DNA of 64,000 bases from a virus (taxonomy: Duplodnaviria > Heunggongvirae > Uroviricota > Caudoviricetes): the IMG/VR virus record IMGVR_UViG_3300028486_000080, positions 80,199-144,198 of that record, one strand, 5' to 3'. The notes beneath the pieces were generated by a model, which was not told where the DNA came from, did no database searches, and worked only from the letters and a program-made list of their open reading frames with translations. Below are positions 1 through 8,810 of this stretch, piece after piece. Both the position numbers and the translations under genes were made by a program. The first letter of the stretch is position 1; every line of letters begins with the position of its first letter.

Positions 1-232
1 TGTAAGTATCGCCTTGGGGAAACATCCCCAGGATAAGATCACCGTTAGCGAGGCGCAGCCATACCCATTGCGATCTCCCATCGGGACTCGTTGGGTCCGC
101 ATTGACGACATTCCTAACCGACTCGGCTGATGCCGGGTGCACATAGGCGAGAGTCGCGCGGGCGATAGATGCGCTGCCATCCTCCGAGTAAACCTCGTCA
201 ACGATGGCATGCGGCTGAATGAAACTCATGGA

Positions 233-532
233 TCAGTCTCCCTGCTCTTCACGATAGCAGCCGATACCGGCAGTCTTCAATGCACCAACCACTGCCGTGG
301 CACGAGCTAGCGCGTTGCCATCGCAGTTGTCATAGCCGACATACAGAACGTTGGTTGCGCCCTGATGCCCCTTGCGCTGAAAAATCTTGCCCAGAGACTT
401 GGCAGCCTTCTCCACAAGCTTGGCTTGCGCCTTGTCAGTTATCGACACGTAGACACGGCAACATCCGATGCCGCGCTCAGGATACACTGGGGCATTGAAA
501 GCGTCAGCCAGTGTGCGGGTCAGATCAGTCAT
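233..532 (-). CDS. hypothetical early protein (start placed at conserved RBS element)
   Basis: ORF 233..574 trimmed to the ATG 8 nt downstream of the AAGGAG/CAGGAG box in the conserved early element. Confidence 0.5.
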   Translation of the reverse strand: MTDLTRTLADAFNAPVYPERGIGCCRVYVSITDKAQAKLVEKAAKSLGKIFQRKGHQGATNVLYVGYDNCDGNALARATAVVGALKTAGIGCYREEQGD

Positions 533-601
533 TGTTCGACTCCTGTTGTTGATCGACTTCAGGCACCCTAACACAGAGGTATTACCAAACCGTTAAAAGA
601 C
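533..601 (-). promoter_or_regulatory. conserved early promoter/5'UTR/RBS element, copy 1
   Basis: minus-strand reading CTTTTAACGGTTTGGTAATACCTCTGTGTTAGGGTGCCTGAAGTCGATCAACAACAGGAGTCGAACAATG; shared with 5 other copies. Confidence 0.6.
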
Positions 602-889
602 TCCTTCCTCCTGCATTTCTAGCGCTTCCTTTTCCCCGTCTTCATCGTAAGACACGCGCGACTGGTCCAATCCGTGGCGCTCAGCCATTTCATAAGCCTC
701 AGCTTCAGCCCAGGTGCGCAGAGTCTTGACCGGAACAGCCCCCGGCATATCCGGCGCAATGTAAGTCTGCGAGCAAGCGCGTGAATTGCCCGCGCTATAC
801 TCTTCTACCGGCTGACTCTCGGCATCGTATGCCGTCACCGCGTAACCGTATGGCGTCGCCCAATACTGAATGTAATACGCCGCACTCAT
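593..889 (-). CDS. hypothetical acidic protein
   Basis: 98 aa ORF co-oriented within the early minus-strand block; no motif recognised. Confidence 0.35.
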   Translation of the reverse strand: MSAAYYIQYWATPYGYAVTAYDAESQPVEEYSAGNSRACSQTYIAPDMPGAVPVKTLRTWAEAEAYEMAERHGLDQSRVSYDEDGEKEALEMQEEGVF

Positions 890-1533
890 GCGATTTTCCC
901 TTCCTCGCTAAATTCATATTCGTTGCAGCGGATATTATCATCGACGTATTCCGCCGAATATCGGTAAGCACTTTCTTTCTCAAGCTGGCGATAAATCCAG
1001 CGCATGAAATCGCGAAGCGCTTCAGTGATTGCCAAGGCACCGGCAGTAAGGTCACGCGTGCCGTAGTCGTCACCGTCCGTCACCTCGATATCGGTGCAAT
1101 ACTCATGGTAGTAATGCCCGGAGTGCTTTACGCGAGCCTCCAGCTTGTAGAAATAGGGACGCTGCGCAGCCTGCAACGCATCGGCAATGGCGTGCAGCTT
1201 TTCGTCCTGAGGCGCGTAGGCACGGATAGCCTTTGGGGCGCCCTTGACGTAGCGATAGCGTCCCGAAAAGCAAGCGCCGTCACCTTGGCAAGAAAAGCCG
1301 GTGAAGTAGATGGCAGATTTGTAGCGCGTGGCACCGCCCATAGTCTGATAGGAGTCTTGATCAAACTCGATACCGAAAATCTTGGCGATGGACTCGATGT
1401 CATCGCCCATGCAATCAAGTAGGTCATCGTCCTGCGAAGCTTCACGATACCAGTCACGCGCGCGTTCCTTGGCGCGATCCGACAACTCGTCAAACTTGAA
1501 AAGCGTGCGCTCGATCACTTCAGTGCGGGGCAT
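886..1533 (-). CDS. conserved hypothetical phage/plasmid protein
   Basis: 215 aa ORF; start set by conserved RBS element (cat at 1531-1533); Cys/Gly-rich FSCQGDGACFSGRY segment; family not recognised with confidence. Confidence 0.55.
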   Translation of the reverse strand: MPRTEVIERTLFKFDELSDRAKERARDWYREASQDDDLLDCMGDDIESIAKIFGIEFDQDSYQTMGGATRYKSAIYFTGFSCQGDGACFSGRYRYVKGAPKAIRAYAPQDEKLHAIADALQAAQRPYFYKLEARVKHSGHYYHEYCTDIEVTDGDDYGTRDLTAGALAITEALRDFMRWIYRQLEKESAYRYSAEYVDDNIRCNEYEFSEEGKIA

Positions 1534-1598
1534 GTTCGACTCCTTTGTTCTCTCGACTTCAGGCACCCTAGCACAAAGGTACTAACAGACCGTTAAAG
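1534..1598 (-). promoter_or_regulatory. conserved early promoter/5'UTR/RBS element, copy 2
   Basis: CTTTAACGGTCTGTTAGTACCTTTGTGCTAGGGTGCCTGAAGTCGAGAGAACAAAGGAGTCGAACATG on the minus strand. Confidence 0.6.
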
Positions 1599-1901
1599 CC
1601 TCTCCATCAAATCATCATCGCCTTGCACGATCACCACGTCTCCCACGAGCACATCGCTCACCATGTGCCCGCCACCAGTCGCCCATGCGAGCGTTGCGAC
1701 ACGATTGATTGGAAGCCCGTTAAGTTTCCCCTCTTCATTACAAAACGCGACGCATCCCTTGTCACCGAAGTTCTCGAATAGCGGCACCAATTCAATGTAG
1801 CCGCCGACGATCTCTTGCAACTCTTCGAGCGTCGGTGCCTTAGTCAGCAGACGCGTCTCGGCAGAGCCGTCAGCACGAATGACTGTCAATGTTCCGTTCA
1901 T
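1593..1901 (-). CDS. DUF3846-like protein (paralog of 4387..4767)
   Basis: 102 aa; EEGKLNGLPINRVATLAW ... GDVVIVQGDDD pattern resembles DUF3846; shares the GLP.N..AT motif with ORF 4387..4767. Confidence 0.45.
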   Translation of the reverse strand: MNGTLTVIRADGSAETRLLTKAPTLEELQEIVGGYIELVPLFENFGDKGCVAFCNEEGKLNGLPINRVATLAWATGGGHMVSDVLVGDVVIVQGDDDLMERL

Positions 1902-2205
1902 TCGAATACCACCTCCACTTCACCACACCATGCACGCTTAGCCGTGCGCGTATCGAATAGACGCCACGCGTGCTTGCCCGAGTCGTAGACTGACAGCATG
2001 TAGGGCGGAAGCTCATAGTCGCGCGGCGTGTGGATAGCCTCAACCGCCTTAGCCGGGAGTCGCGAGGCTACCGACCAGAGGCGCTTGCCTTTCTTTGTCT
2101 CGTTCTCAAGCCCGACGAATTTGCCGTTAGCCTTTGCCAGCATTTCCTCGATCACCGTCTTGGCTTGCGCACGCGGCAGCTTGACCTTGTTTACCGTGAC
2201 CATGT
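1898..2205 (-). CDS. hypothetical early protein
   Basis: ORF 1898..2239 trimmed to ATG following the conserved RBS element (cat 2203-2205). Confidence 0.5.
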
Positions 2206-2268
2206 TCGACTCCCGTTGTGCTCCTACTTCAGGCACCATAGCATATACTCCTTAACAAGCGATTAACG
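2206..2268 (-). promoter_or_regulatory. conserved early promoter/5'UTR/RBS element, copy 3
   Basis: CGTTAATCGCTTGTTAAGGAGTATATGCTATGGTGCCTGAAGTAGGAGCACAACGGGAGTCGAACATG. Confidence 0.55.
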
Positions 2269-2416
2269 CGCGCGGATATATTTTGGTAAGGTTAAGGAAT
2301 CGTATCGTTTCCATTAAGGTAAACGTATGCCCAAACAAAATCGGGCGACACCCAGAGGATGCCGCCCGACTGTGCTACCGGCGAGGGGAGTCGAAGCCTC
2401 TAGCCAGCGCAACCTT

Positions 2417-2806
2417 TTACGTAGGGATGCCCCAATGATCGTTGGCGAACGAGTTGGTGCGTCCCGACTTGAGCTTGAGTGCCAGTGTGAACCCGCGAGG
2501 GTCACCACCACACCGGACCACTTCGGCGCCGTAGGTCTTGGCGATCTCCGAAGCCTTTGCACGTGCCGACTCAAGTTGCTTGTCGGCATGCGCTTGATCG
2601 TTATCCGTCCACTGCGGAACGCTACGCTTCAACTGATGATCATAGCGCTCGATACCGTTGCACTCGCTTTCCGTAATGCGCTGCACCTTGGAAGCGATGG
2701 AAAGCAGTTTCTTCACATCATTCGCAATCTGGAGCGGAGCGGCGACCTTACCCTCCAGTGCCAAGACTGCGGCAAGCTCCAAGCGACTTTCCATACTGGC
2801 GACCAT
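2417..2806 (-). CDS. hypothetical early protein
   Basis: 129 aa ORF; start codon directly follows a conserved early element copy (gcgactccg...). Confidence 0.5.
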   Translation of the reverse strand: MVASMESRLELAAVLALEGKVAAPLQIANDVKKLLSIASKVQRITESECNGIERYDHQLKRSVPQWTDNDQAHADKQLESARAKASEIAKTYGAEVVRCGGDPRGFTLALKLKSGRTNSFANDHWGIPT

Positions 2807-2870
2807 TTGTGCGACTCCGTTTGTTTCGATTTACAGAGACTAGCACAGAGGTACTAACAAATCGTTAAAG
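2807..2870 (-). promoter_or_regulatory. conserved early promoter/5'UTR/RBS element, copy 4
   Basis: CTTTAACGATTTGTTAGTACCTCTGTGCTAGTCTCTGTAAATCGAAACAAACGGAGTCGCACAAATG. Confidence 0.55.
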
Positions 2871-3092
2871 CTCTGCCAGCTTGCGAGAAATTTCTTGGGC
2901 GCTTAGCTCATTGCTCGCTGCTTTCTTCTGATGCACTTGCACCAGCCGCGCGGCGTGCGGCGCATCCGAGCGCTGCCAGAATTTGCTCATGGCGCGATGG
3001 AAGCGTGCCGTGTAATCGTGCGCTGTGCGGCGAGTCTTGAGCGTCACAGCGTGCGGAATCTTGTCGTGGCGGTCAGCATCTTGTGAAGGCAT
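2865..3092 (-). CDS. hypothetical small protein
   Basis: 75 aa ORF in frame-consistent early block. Confidence 0.3.
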   Translation of the reverse strand: MPSQDADRHDKIPHAVTLKTRRTAHDYTARFHRAMSKFWQRSDAPHAARLVQVHQKKAASNELSAQEISRKLAEL

Positions 3093-3121
3093 TTATCTCT
3101 CTCCTAGGGTTTGAAAAGGTC

Positions 3122-3331
3122 TCACCAGACCAGGGGGCACTTAGGCTCACCCGGAAGCATAAGCGTCACCTCTTTGGGTTTGGGGACGACAGGGCGAGGC
3201 GCCGCGGCGTGCTGCCGGTTGCCAGAATTTGTCTGCCCGTTCGCCCATTTCTTGATCTTGATCGTCTGAGAAGGCGTGCCGATCACCGAAGCTGGTGCCC
3301 AGAGCGGACCTTGTGCCATGCGTGCCATCAT
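3122..3331 (-). CDS. hypothetical small protein
   Basis: 69 aa ORF with GAGG-like RBS upstream. Confidence 0.3.
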   Translation of the reverse strand: MMARMAQGPLWAPASVIGTPSQTIKIKKWANGQTNSGNRQHAAAPRPVVPKPKEVTLMLPGEPKCPLVW

Positions 3332-3424
3332 TTACCTCAATGAAAGGTGAAGAAGTACACATAAAAGCAAACGCCCCGGCGCTATGCAAGCACCGAGGCG
3401 TTAAGTGGTGAACGGCGTATTAGC

Positions 3425-3988
3425 TTAAGCCGTGAAGTAAAGCTGCAACGGGTAGCTCGGCACGTTTTGGAGCGACTTGGTAGGGCGCAGCCCACCCTTG
3501 CGCTCGATTGCTACCAGAGCGGCACCACGTGACGGGGCACCAGTGCCCTCTACCTGCACCTTGCCATTGTGCACACGCGCGGGATACCAGCGGCGCTCCC
3601 CGTCCTTGATTGATCCCTTTCGGGGGTGCACCTTAGTTACGACGAAATACTCCCCGTGAAGGTGCGAGGCGACGCGCGCATCGTCAGTAGCGCAGTAGCG
3701 GATGATTGCCGCTACATCGTCAGGGACATTGGATGGCGCCTTAGGATGTGCGATCACCTCAGCATCCGGCACCTTAGCGATGGCGGCGCTCAGTGTGGGA
3801 TAATCACTCTTGTAGATGCGAACAGCGCCCTTTGCCTTAGGATCGAGTCTTGCCACATAGAACCGGTTAGCCTTACTATAGGCGAATAGCCCCTTGGCAT
3901 TGGGGCGCGTCACCATCGAGTCGGCGTGTCCGTTGTTCACAAACGATGTGAGAACAGCGCTCGGGTCTTTGATTGTGTTACGCGGCAT
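3425..3988 (-). CDS. hypothetical protein
   Basis: 187 aa ORF; no recognisable motif. Confidence 0.45.
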   Translation of the reverse strand: MPRNTIKDPSAVLTSFVNNGHADSMVTRPNAKGLFAYSKANRFYVARLDPKAKGAVRIYKSDYPTLSAAIAKVPDAEVIAHPKAPSNVPDDVAAIIRYCATDDARVASHLHGEYFVVTKVHPRKGSIKDGERRWYPARVHNGKVQVEGTGAPSRGAALVAIERKGGLRPTKSLQNVPSYPLQLYFTA

Positions 3989-4386
3989 TCGTTGAGTCTC
4001 CTGCTATGGTAAGGTTACGTGTCGCTAGTTCCTTTTCAGAAAACGGCGGCGGTAACCTTAGGTTCCTATACGATCAAGAATTTTTTCGTCTTGTTACGAA
4101 CGTGAATATAACACAGAGGTCTTAACAAAGTGTTAACACGATAGCGTGACCTACCATAATTTTTGGTAGGGTTACCTGATAATCAATCATTAGGGTTAAC
4201 AAGAAGACGGCTAACGATAGGTTAACCATATAACCCATCGTTAGAAGGCGCTTTGCCCTACACACACAAATTGCCGCCCATCCCAGGTGTAGACCAGCAC
4301 CCGGTTTAAGCCATATTCCGCGGTCACCGCCGCGATCTCTTGCTCAGGCATACAGGCGAACGCCCGCATGATTGTCAGGAAGGGAC

Positions 4387-4767
4387 TCAGAACCACACCC
4401 GACGCATAAAGAGCACCGCAGTCCCCGCAATGAAGTTGAGCATTTCCGGGTCCGCCACCGGGGGCGCCGAACTTCGCCCGGCAAGGTTAGCCGCGCGATA
4501 GATGGCAGTCGCGGTCTCATTGCGCGGCAGCCCGTCCAGCAGTCCAGTCTCATCCACAAACATATCGAGCGCGCGTCTGTTAAAAAGCACGCTCACATGT
4601 TCCAAACGCTTGCCGTCAAGATGCGGCTCGATAATGGTCCGTAGCAGATCGTAACCCGGCTCTCGTGGTAGCTCTCGCACCTCGACCGCAGACTCTTCAA
4701 ACGTCTGTCCTGGCTTGATGATGTGGTAGGTTGTCAGGATAACCGGCTTTGTCTTTAGCTCTGCCAT
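4387..4767 (-). CDS. DUF3846-like protein
   Basis: 126 aa; VSVLFNRRALDMFVDETGLLDGLPRNETATAIYR pattern typical of DUF3846. Confidence 0.45.
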   Translation of the reverse strand: MAELKTKPVILTTYHIIKPGQTFEESAVEVRELPREPGYDLLRTIIEPHLDGKRLEHVSVLFNRRALDMFVDETGLLDGLPRNETATAIYRAANLAGRSSAPPVADPEMLNFIAGTAVLFMRRVWF

Positions 4768-5012
4768 TAGATCGACACCCTCGCAGGTCGTTGGAACGAT
4801 ACAGATTTGCAGCCAGCCTTTTCGCGTATCTTTTCAGCGACGTGTACCATCGTCGATCCTTGATCGAAGACAAACGCCTCAGCACCACATATCCACATAG
4901 GGCGTCCGTCAAACATCCATATTTCGCCTATGACTAGATAGTCATCCGCTACCACGTGGTATCGCCCTTGTCCAGGCTCGTATCCTCGCAAATCTTTCTT
5001 CAACTCAGCCAT
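4767..5012 (-). CDS. hypothetical protein
   Basis: 81 aa ORF, ATGA overlap with downstream gene. Confidence 0.4.
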   Translation of the reverse strand: MAELKKDLRGYEPGQGRYHVVADDYLVIGEIWMFDGRPMWICGAEAFVFDQGSTMVHVAEKIREKAGCKSVSFQRPARVSI

Positions 5013-5019
5013 CGGCTAC

Positions 5020-6369
5020 TCACTTTGAAAGATAGATGTCTGAAATTTTCAGGGCGATGTCGCGAAACGCTTGACGCAATTGTGCGTCATCCGCGGCGTC
5101 ATACTTCATCGTGGCATCGGTAGCGCATTGAGATAGGGTCTCTTTCGCGGTGTAGTCGTCAAGCTTGAACCCTATCGTAAAAACATCAATGCCGTCTGCT
5201 TTCATCCGCTTGCAAATCTCCCGTGCTTGAGTCGCGGATGAACCGTTAGCCGCCGAGCACTTCCCCTTCAGATCGTCGGTGCGGTTTGATGTCTTATCCG
5301 CCGCACCGCTGGAGCAATGTTGGATATTATACTCTCCGTCTGTCATGAGCACCGCCACTTTGCGCACGCTCTTTTTCGACGGGTCATAAGCTTGAGGGCG
5401 CGCGTTGCTCGGGAAGCGCGCCGCCCAGTTAGGAGACAGCGCATAGTATGCCCATGCCGTGCCTATATGACCAGCCGTAGAGCCCGACGCCTTCAGATTG
5501 TCGATAGCATCCATGATCATTTGCTTGTCAGAAGACAGCGGAATGAAAACCGAAGCAGGTTCACACTTACCATCATAGGTGTATGGGCGCATTGGGTAGC
5601 CGTTCGCAGATGATGGCGGCGCATCGGTGTATGCTTGCGAGCCCGTGCGCTCCACTACGCAATAGCTTGTGCGCCGCCAATCCCGCGTCTTGCCGTTGTT
5701 CTGTTGGATGGACTTGGTAGCCGCCGCAGTCGGAGCACCGCTCATGATAGTAGAGAAGCGAGAACCCAGGTTGACCGACTCCGAGAACGGGATGATAGCG
5801 GCTTTTGAAGTCACATCGGATTGATTTTCATCGACTACGACGTTGATCAAATCCTTGGCGGCATCTTTCATTGCATCAAGCTTCGAGCACGGCGAGCACA
5901 TAGAGCCCGTTACGTCCAGCATGAGCGCCACCTCAAGATTGCCGCCAGTCTTGCCGCCCTTGCGCACTTGCGAGCGAGCGGCAACGTTGATGTCCAACTT
6001 TTCCACATGCACGATAGGTAGGAACATGGTTTTGACGATAGAGTGCTCGACTCCATCTAGCACCTTGGCTCCGTCCTGCTCAACCACTGTGAACTTGGCA
6101 GATGGCTCGCCTTGCACCCAGGGACGATTCTTCACGTTGGCGAGGTAAATCTGGCGTGCAGCTTCCGTAGCCGTCGCGAAGCTATCCGGGTTGACTTGAA
6201 GTGACCGCGCACCAGCGAGCACAGCAGCGTCAATCGCGCTTTGCGTTTGGCTTTTAGCGTGATACCAGCGCCCAACGTCAAGTGCGCCGCCAACGCACGC
6301 CACCATTATAGGCAACGAAAAGGCGAACATGACTGCAACGTTACCCCGGTCATCACGAAAAAAGCGCAT
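5020..6369 (-). CDS. TadE/TadG-like pseudopilin N-terminus fused to von Willebrand factor A domain
   Basis: N-term MRFFRDDRGNVAVMFAFSLPIMVACVGGALDVGRWYHAKSQTQSAIDAAVLAGARSL matches the TadE-like (Flp pilus assembly) domain; vWA signature ALMLDVTGSM plus MIDAS-like residues; embedded in the phage early operon. Confidence 0.65.
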   Translation of the reverse strand: MRFFRDDRGNVAVMFAFSLPIMVACVGGALDVGRWYHAKSQTQSAIDAAVLAGARSLQVNPDSFATATEAARQIYLANVKNRPWVQGEPSAKFTVVEQDGAKVLDGVEHSIVKTMFLPIVHVEKLDINVAARSQVRKGGKTGGNLEVALMLDVTGSMCSPCSKLDAMKDAAKDLINVVVDENQSDVTSKAAIIPFSESVNLGSRFSTIMSGAPTAAATKSIQQNNGKTRDWRRTSYCVVERTGSQAYTDAPPSSANGYPMRPYTYDGKCEPASVFIPLSSDKQMIMDAIDNLKASGSTAGHIGTAWAYYALSPNWAARFPSNARPQAYDPSKKSVRKVAVLMTDGEYNIQHCSSGAADKTSNRTDDLKGKCSAANGSSATQAREICKRMKADGIDVFTIGFKLDDYTAKETLSQCATDATMKYDAADDAQLRQAFRDIALKISDIYLSK

Positions 6370-6379
6370 CGACTCCTCC

Positions 6380-6568
6380 CTAGTTGATCGTAAAAATTAC
6401 CACACCCTTTTCGAGTAACGTTGCGACAGCAGATTCCACCGCCACCACATCACACTCAGGGGCATCCTTGGGCAGGTACACTGTTAGGGTGCGCCGCCCA
6501 ACGGTCCCGCCGACCACCGGTTGCTCACCGATGATTCGACGGGAAACCATGAGGGGATGATCGCTCAC
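6380..6568 (-). CDS. hypothetical small protein
   Basis: 62 aa ORF overlapping the upstream gene by 4 nt. Confidence 0.35.
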   Translation of the reverse strand: MSDHPLMVSRRIIGEQPVVGGTVGRRTLTVYLPKDAPECDVVAVESAVATLLEKGVVIFTIN

Positions 6569-6894
6569 CGCTGATAGTCCTGAATGCGGGTTGTCCGCAT
6601 ACCGGGGCGCCCATGCTTATCGAGAAGTGTAGACCAGTTGCGGAATTCTTCATCGCTGATGGACCAGCGAGTGAGCGCTTCCTGCAACGTGATCAGTCCA
6701 CCACGAACGGCGAGCACCACTTCAGCCTTGCGGCGGGTCACCCAGCGCGTGGTATTGGATGGCGGCAGATCAGCAGCGCTAAGAGGCTCGCCCTCCGGTC
6801 CAACTACATAGCGGGGCGCCGCTTTGCGTCCAGGCACAGCAAGTGCCTTTGCTTTTGGCTTGGTCATATAATCCTTTCCATGCGTTGACTTCAC
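6565..6894 (-). CDS. DUF1153-like helix-turn-helix protein
   Basis: RWVTRRKAEVVLAVRGGLITLQEALTRWSISDEEFRNW...GLR pattern typical of DUF1153 (alphaproteobacterial HTH family). Confidence 0.5.
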   Translation of the reverse strand: MKSTHGKDYMTKPKAKALAVPGRKAAPRYVVGPEGEPLSAADLPPSNTTRWVTRRKAEVVLAVRGGLITLQEALTRWSISDEEFRNWSTLLDKHGRPGMRTTRIQDYQR

Positions 6895-6932
6895 TATGAA
6901 AAGGAGGCTAGCACAAAATAGTTAAAGGAAAG

Positions 6933-7286
6933 TTAACGACGCCCCCCATGAATAAGAAATAGCCCCCCAGACCCTAAAGGCTTGGCACGCACAGGAGGCA
7001 CTAACTTAACCTCTTGCTTGCGCGTGTTCTCGTCCGACTTCAGGCGATTGAATAGCTTGCAATAGGCGCTTGCCTCAGCTTCGAGCCTAGGCAAATCGGC
7101 AGGGGTATCTGCGACCCATATTTCCAACACTTGCGCGGGGCGAAACGGGCGGGGATGGATAAGCTGGTAGCCCCAACATTTTCCCTTAACCAAAAACCGG
7201 CGCACCTCAGCAGGAAACATTGCCACCTCACATATGGAAAAGACCCTAGGCGTATACACGCCTAGGGCTAGTTTGGCACTCCCCAT
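6933..7286 (-). CDS. hypothetical protein
   Basis: 117 aa ORF. Confidence 0.4.
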   Translation of the reverse strand: MGSAKLALGVYTPRVFSICEVAMFPAEVRRFLVKGKCWGYQLIHPRPFRPAQVLEIWVADTPADLPRLEAEASAYCKLFNRLKSDENTRKQEVKLVPPVRAKPLGSGGLFLIHGGRR

Positions 7287-7306
7287 GCTAAAGAGTGCGG
7301 ATTTGC

Positions 7307-7546
7307 TTAAGCTTCTGCGACGCCTTCGCCTCTCCGGTCCACAGTTAGCTCATGATTAGTCGGGAACCCGCAAGCGCAGTTGTCGAAGTAAACAACCGTG
7401 CACTCAGGAGTCTCTTGCACAACTTCTGCCACAGCTTGAAATTCGCACTCGTATTCGATGTGGTCATGGTTAGGGTCCGCATACGGATCACCCTCCAGGT
7501 CCACGGCGTCACCGGGCTTCAAGTCTTTTACTTTGATCTTCATCAC
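7307..7546 (-). CDS. hypothetical small acidic protein
   Basis: 79 aa ORF, overlaps the upstream gene by 4 nt. Confidence 0.4.
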   Translation of the reverse strand: MMKIKVKDLKPGDAVDLEGDPYADPNHDHIEYECEFQAVAEVVQETPECTVVYFDNCACGFPTNHELTVDRRGEGVAEA

Positions 7547-7911
7547 GCCACCTTAGAAGACTGCCAACGCGCACGGCGCATGCGCTCAACTTCAGCCTTA
7601 ATAGTCGCACGATGCTGTGGCGTCTGACGCTTGTAGACTTTGAGATTGTAACCGTAAGGGATGCCCTCAAGCTCCGCCTTCAGGTCCGCATATTCTTCAG
7701 GCGTGGCAGGGCGCGTAATCTTGAGCACCCATCCCATATCGCAGGCGCCGTGCTGCCCCACGTGCTCATAGCACGTCAGTTTGTGCCCATATTCATCCCA
7801 AGGCTCGGCAATGAAAACTGCGGTAACGCCATCGCCATACTTTTTGGGATAGCGTGCGACGCGAAACATAACCGGCGTCACGTGCTCATCTTTCTGGAAA
7901 GCTTCCTGCAT
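7543..7911 (-). CDS. hypothetical early protein
   Basis: 122 aa ORF; start codon directly follows a conserved early element copy (cat 7909-7911). Confidence 0.5.
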   Translation of the reverse strand: MQEAFQKDEHVTPVMFRVARYPKKYGDGVTAVFIAEPWDEYGHKLTCYEHVGQHGACDMGWVLKITRPATPEEYADLKAELEGIPYGYNLKVYKRQTPQHRATIKAEVERMRRARWQSSKVA

Positions 7912-7972
7912 GTTCGACTCCTTTTTGTCTCGACTTCAAGCACCCTAGCACAAAGGTACTAACAAATCGTTA
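7912..7972 (-). promoter_or_regulatory. conserved early promoter/5'UTR/RBS element, copy 5
   Basis: ...GATTTGTTAGTACCTTTGTGCTAGGGTGCTTGAAGTCGAGACAAAAAGGAGTCGAACATG; overlaps the stop of the upstream gene. Confidence 0.55.
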
Positions 7973-8145
7973 CTCAGCTTCGATTGCCTTAATGCGTTCA
8001 CGGAGGCATTTTGCGCCTTCGTGCTTGCCCTCTTTCTCTAGCAGTTGCGCGGCTTGCTCGTATAGCTTGACAGCCTTATGGGGGATGCCCCGACGATAGT
8101 ATTCGTCGGCTTCCATTTGCAGCAGGATAGAAGGGGCGTGCATTG
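7970..8145 (-). CDS. small TPR-like helical protein
   Basis: ORF 7970..8227 trimmed to the ATG after the conserved RBS (cat 8143-8145); helical repeat-like YYRRGIPHKAVKLYEQAAQLLEKEGKHEGA. Confidence 0.4.
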
Positions 8146-8200
8146 TTCGACTCCTTGGTTGATAAAGGGTGTCAGAAGAGTGACACTCAGCCAGGGCACT
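8146..8200 (-). promoter_or_regulatory. partial copy (RBS/5'UTR part) of conserved early element
   Basis: ...CCAAGGAGTCGAACAATG on the minus strand. Confidence 0.4.
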
Positions 8201-8454
8201 TGTTTGCGGCTCGTCATGCTGCACCAACGAGGCTACGGCTACGCTATGAACCTAGCTTTCATCAGTCGTGGCGCCTTACGCATCGAAAGAATTCTCGATC
8301 CCGCTTTCCCGTTCGCTACCCCTAAGGGTCCAAATTAGGCGCTAGCCCTATGGATCAACTCGCTACTAGGTATGTGCCGCCGAGCTTCGCGTCTCGCTTT
8401 TCCCGTGCCTTTCGCCTTGTGGCTTCACTCTTCTGACTACACAAAACTAGCATG

Positions 8455-8600
8455 GGCGGGTTAACAAACTCTTAACGCGCCGGGCGCAGTGTCATTAACC
8501 TTAACGTTTAACCAGTTTACGACCTGTTAACCCTAATGCACGTTAACTGCGCCTGTTAACTTGATGTTAACCTGGGATGTGTTACGTTCAGGGCAATCGC
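8455..8600. repeat. cluster of six GTTAAC/TTAAC(C/G) motifs
   Basis: gttaacaaactcttaacg...cattaaccttaacgtttaacc...ctgttaaccctaatgcacgttaactgcgcctgttaacttgatgttaacc. Confidence 0.5.
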
Positions 8601-8810
8601 GAGAAAACTCGCATTTGAATTAAACCATGCTCGCACGTCCTTAACAGGGCGTGAACGGGCATTTTTGCGTTAATGGTAAACGAAACGTTAATGAACGTTT
8701 CAAAGTGAGACGGCGCGCGCCCGTTAACCAAACGGATTGCGCTCGCGAGTTCGCGCGAGTGCTAGAAAAAGCTCACGAGCCTAAAAATTTCGGATCGGGA
8801 TTTGAAAACC

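Noticed and set aside
2327-2857. Plus-strand ORF 2327..2857 (176 aa) and similar long opposite-strand ORFs (781..1422, 11355..11795, 28236..28823, 30221..30885)
   Set aside because: They are antisense shadows of better-supported genes in a GC-rich genome (no RBS, no motifs, overlap genes with recognised domains).
5020-6369. TadE/vWA gene as a fragment of host chromosome (window spanning a prophage boundary)
   Set aside because: It is co-oriented and tightly packed (4-8 bp spacers) between phage-type small genes and lies downstream of the conserved early element; no integrase, att repeat or compositional break is visible.
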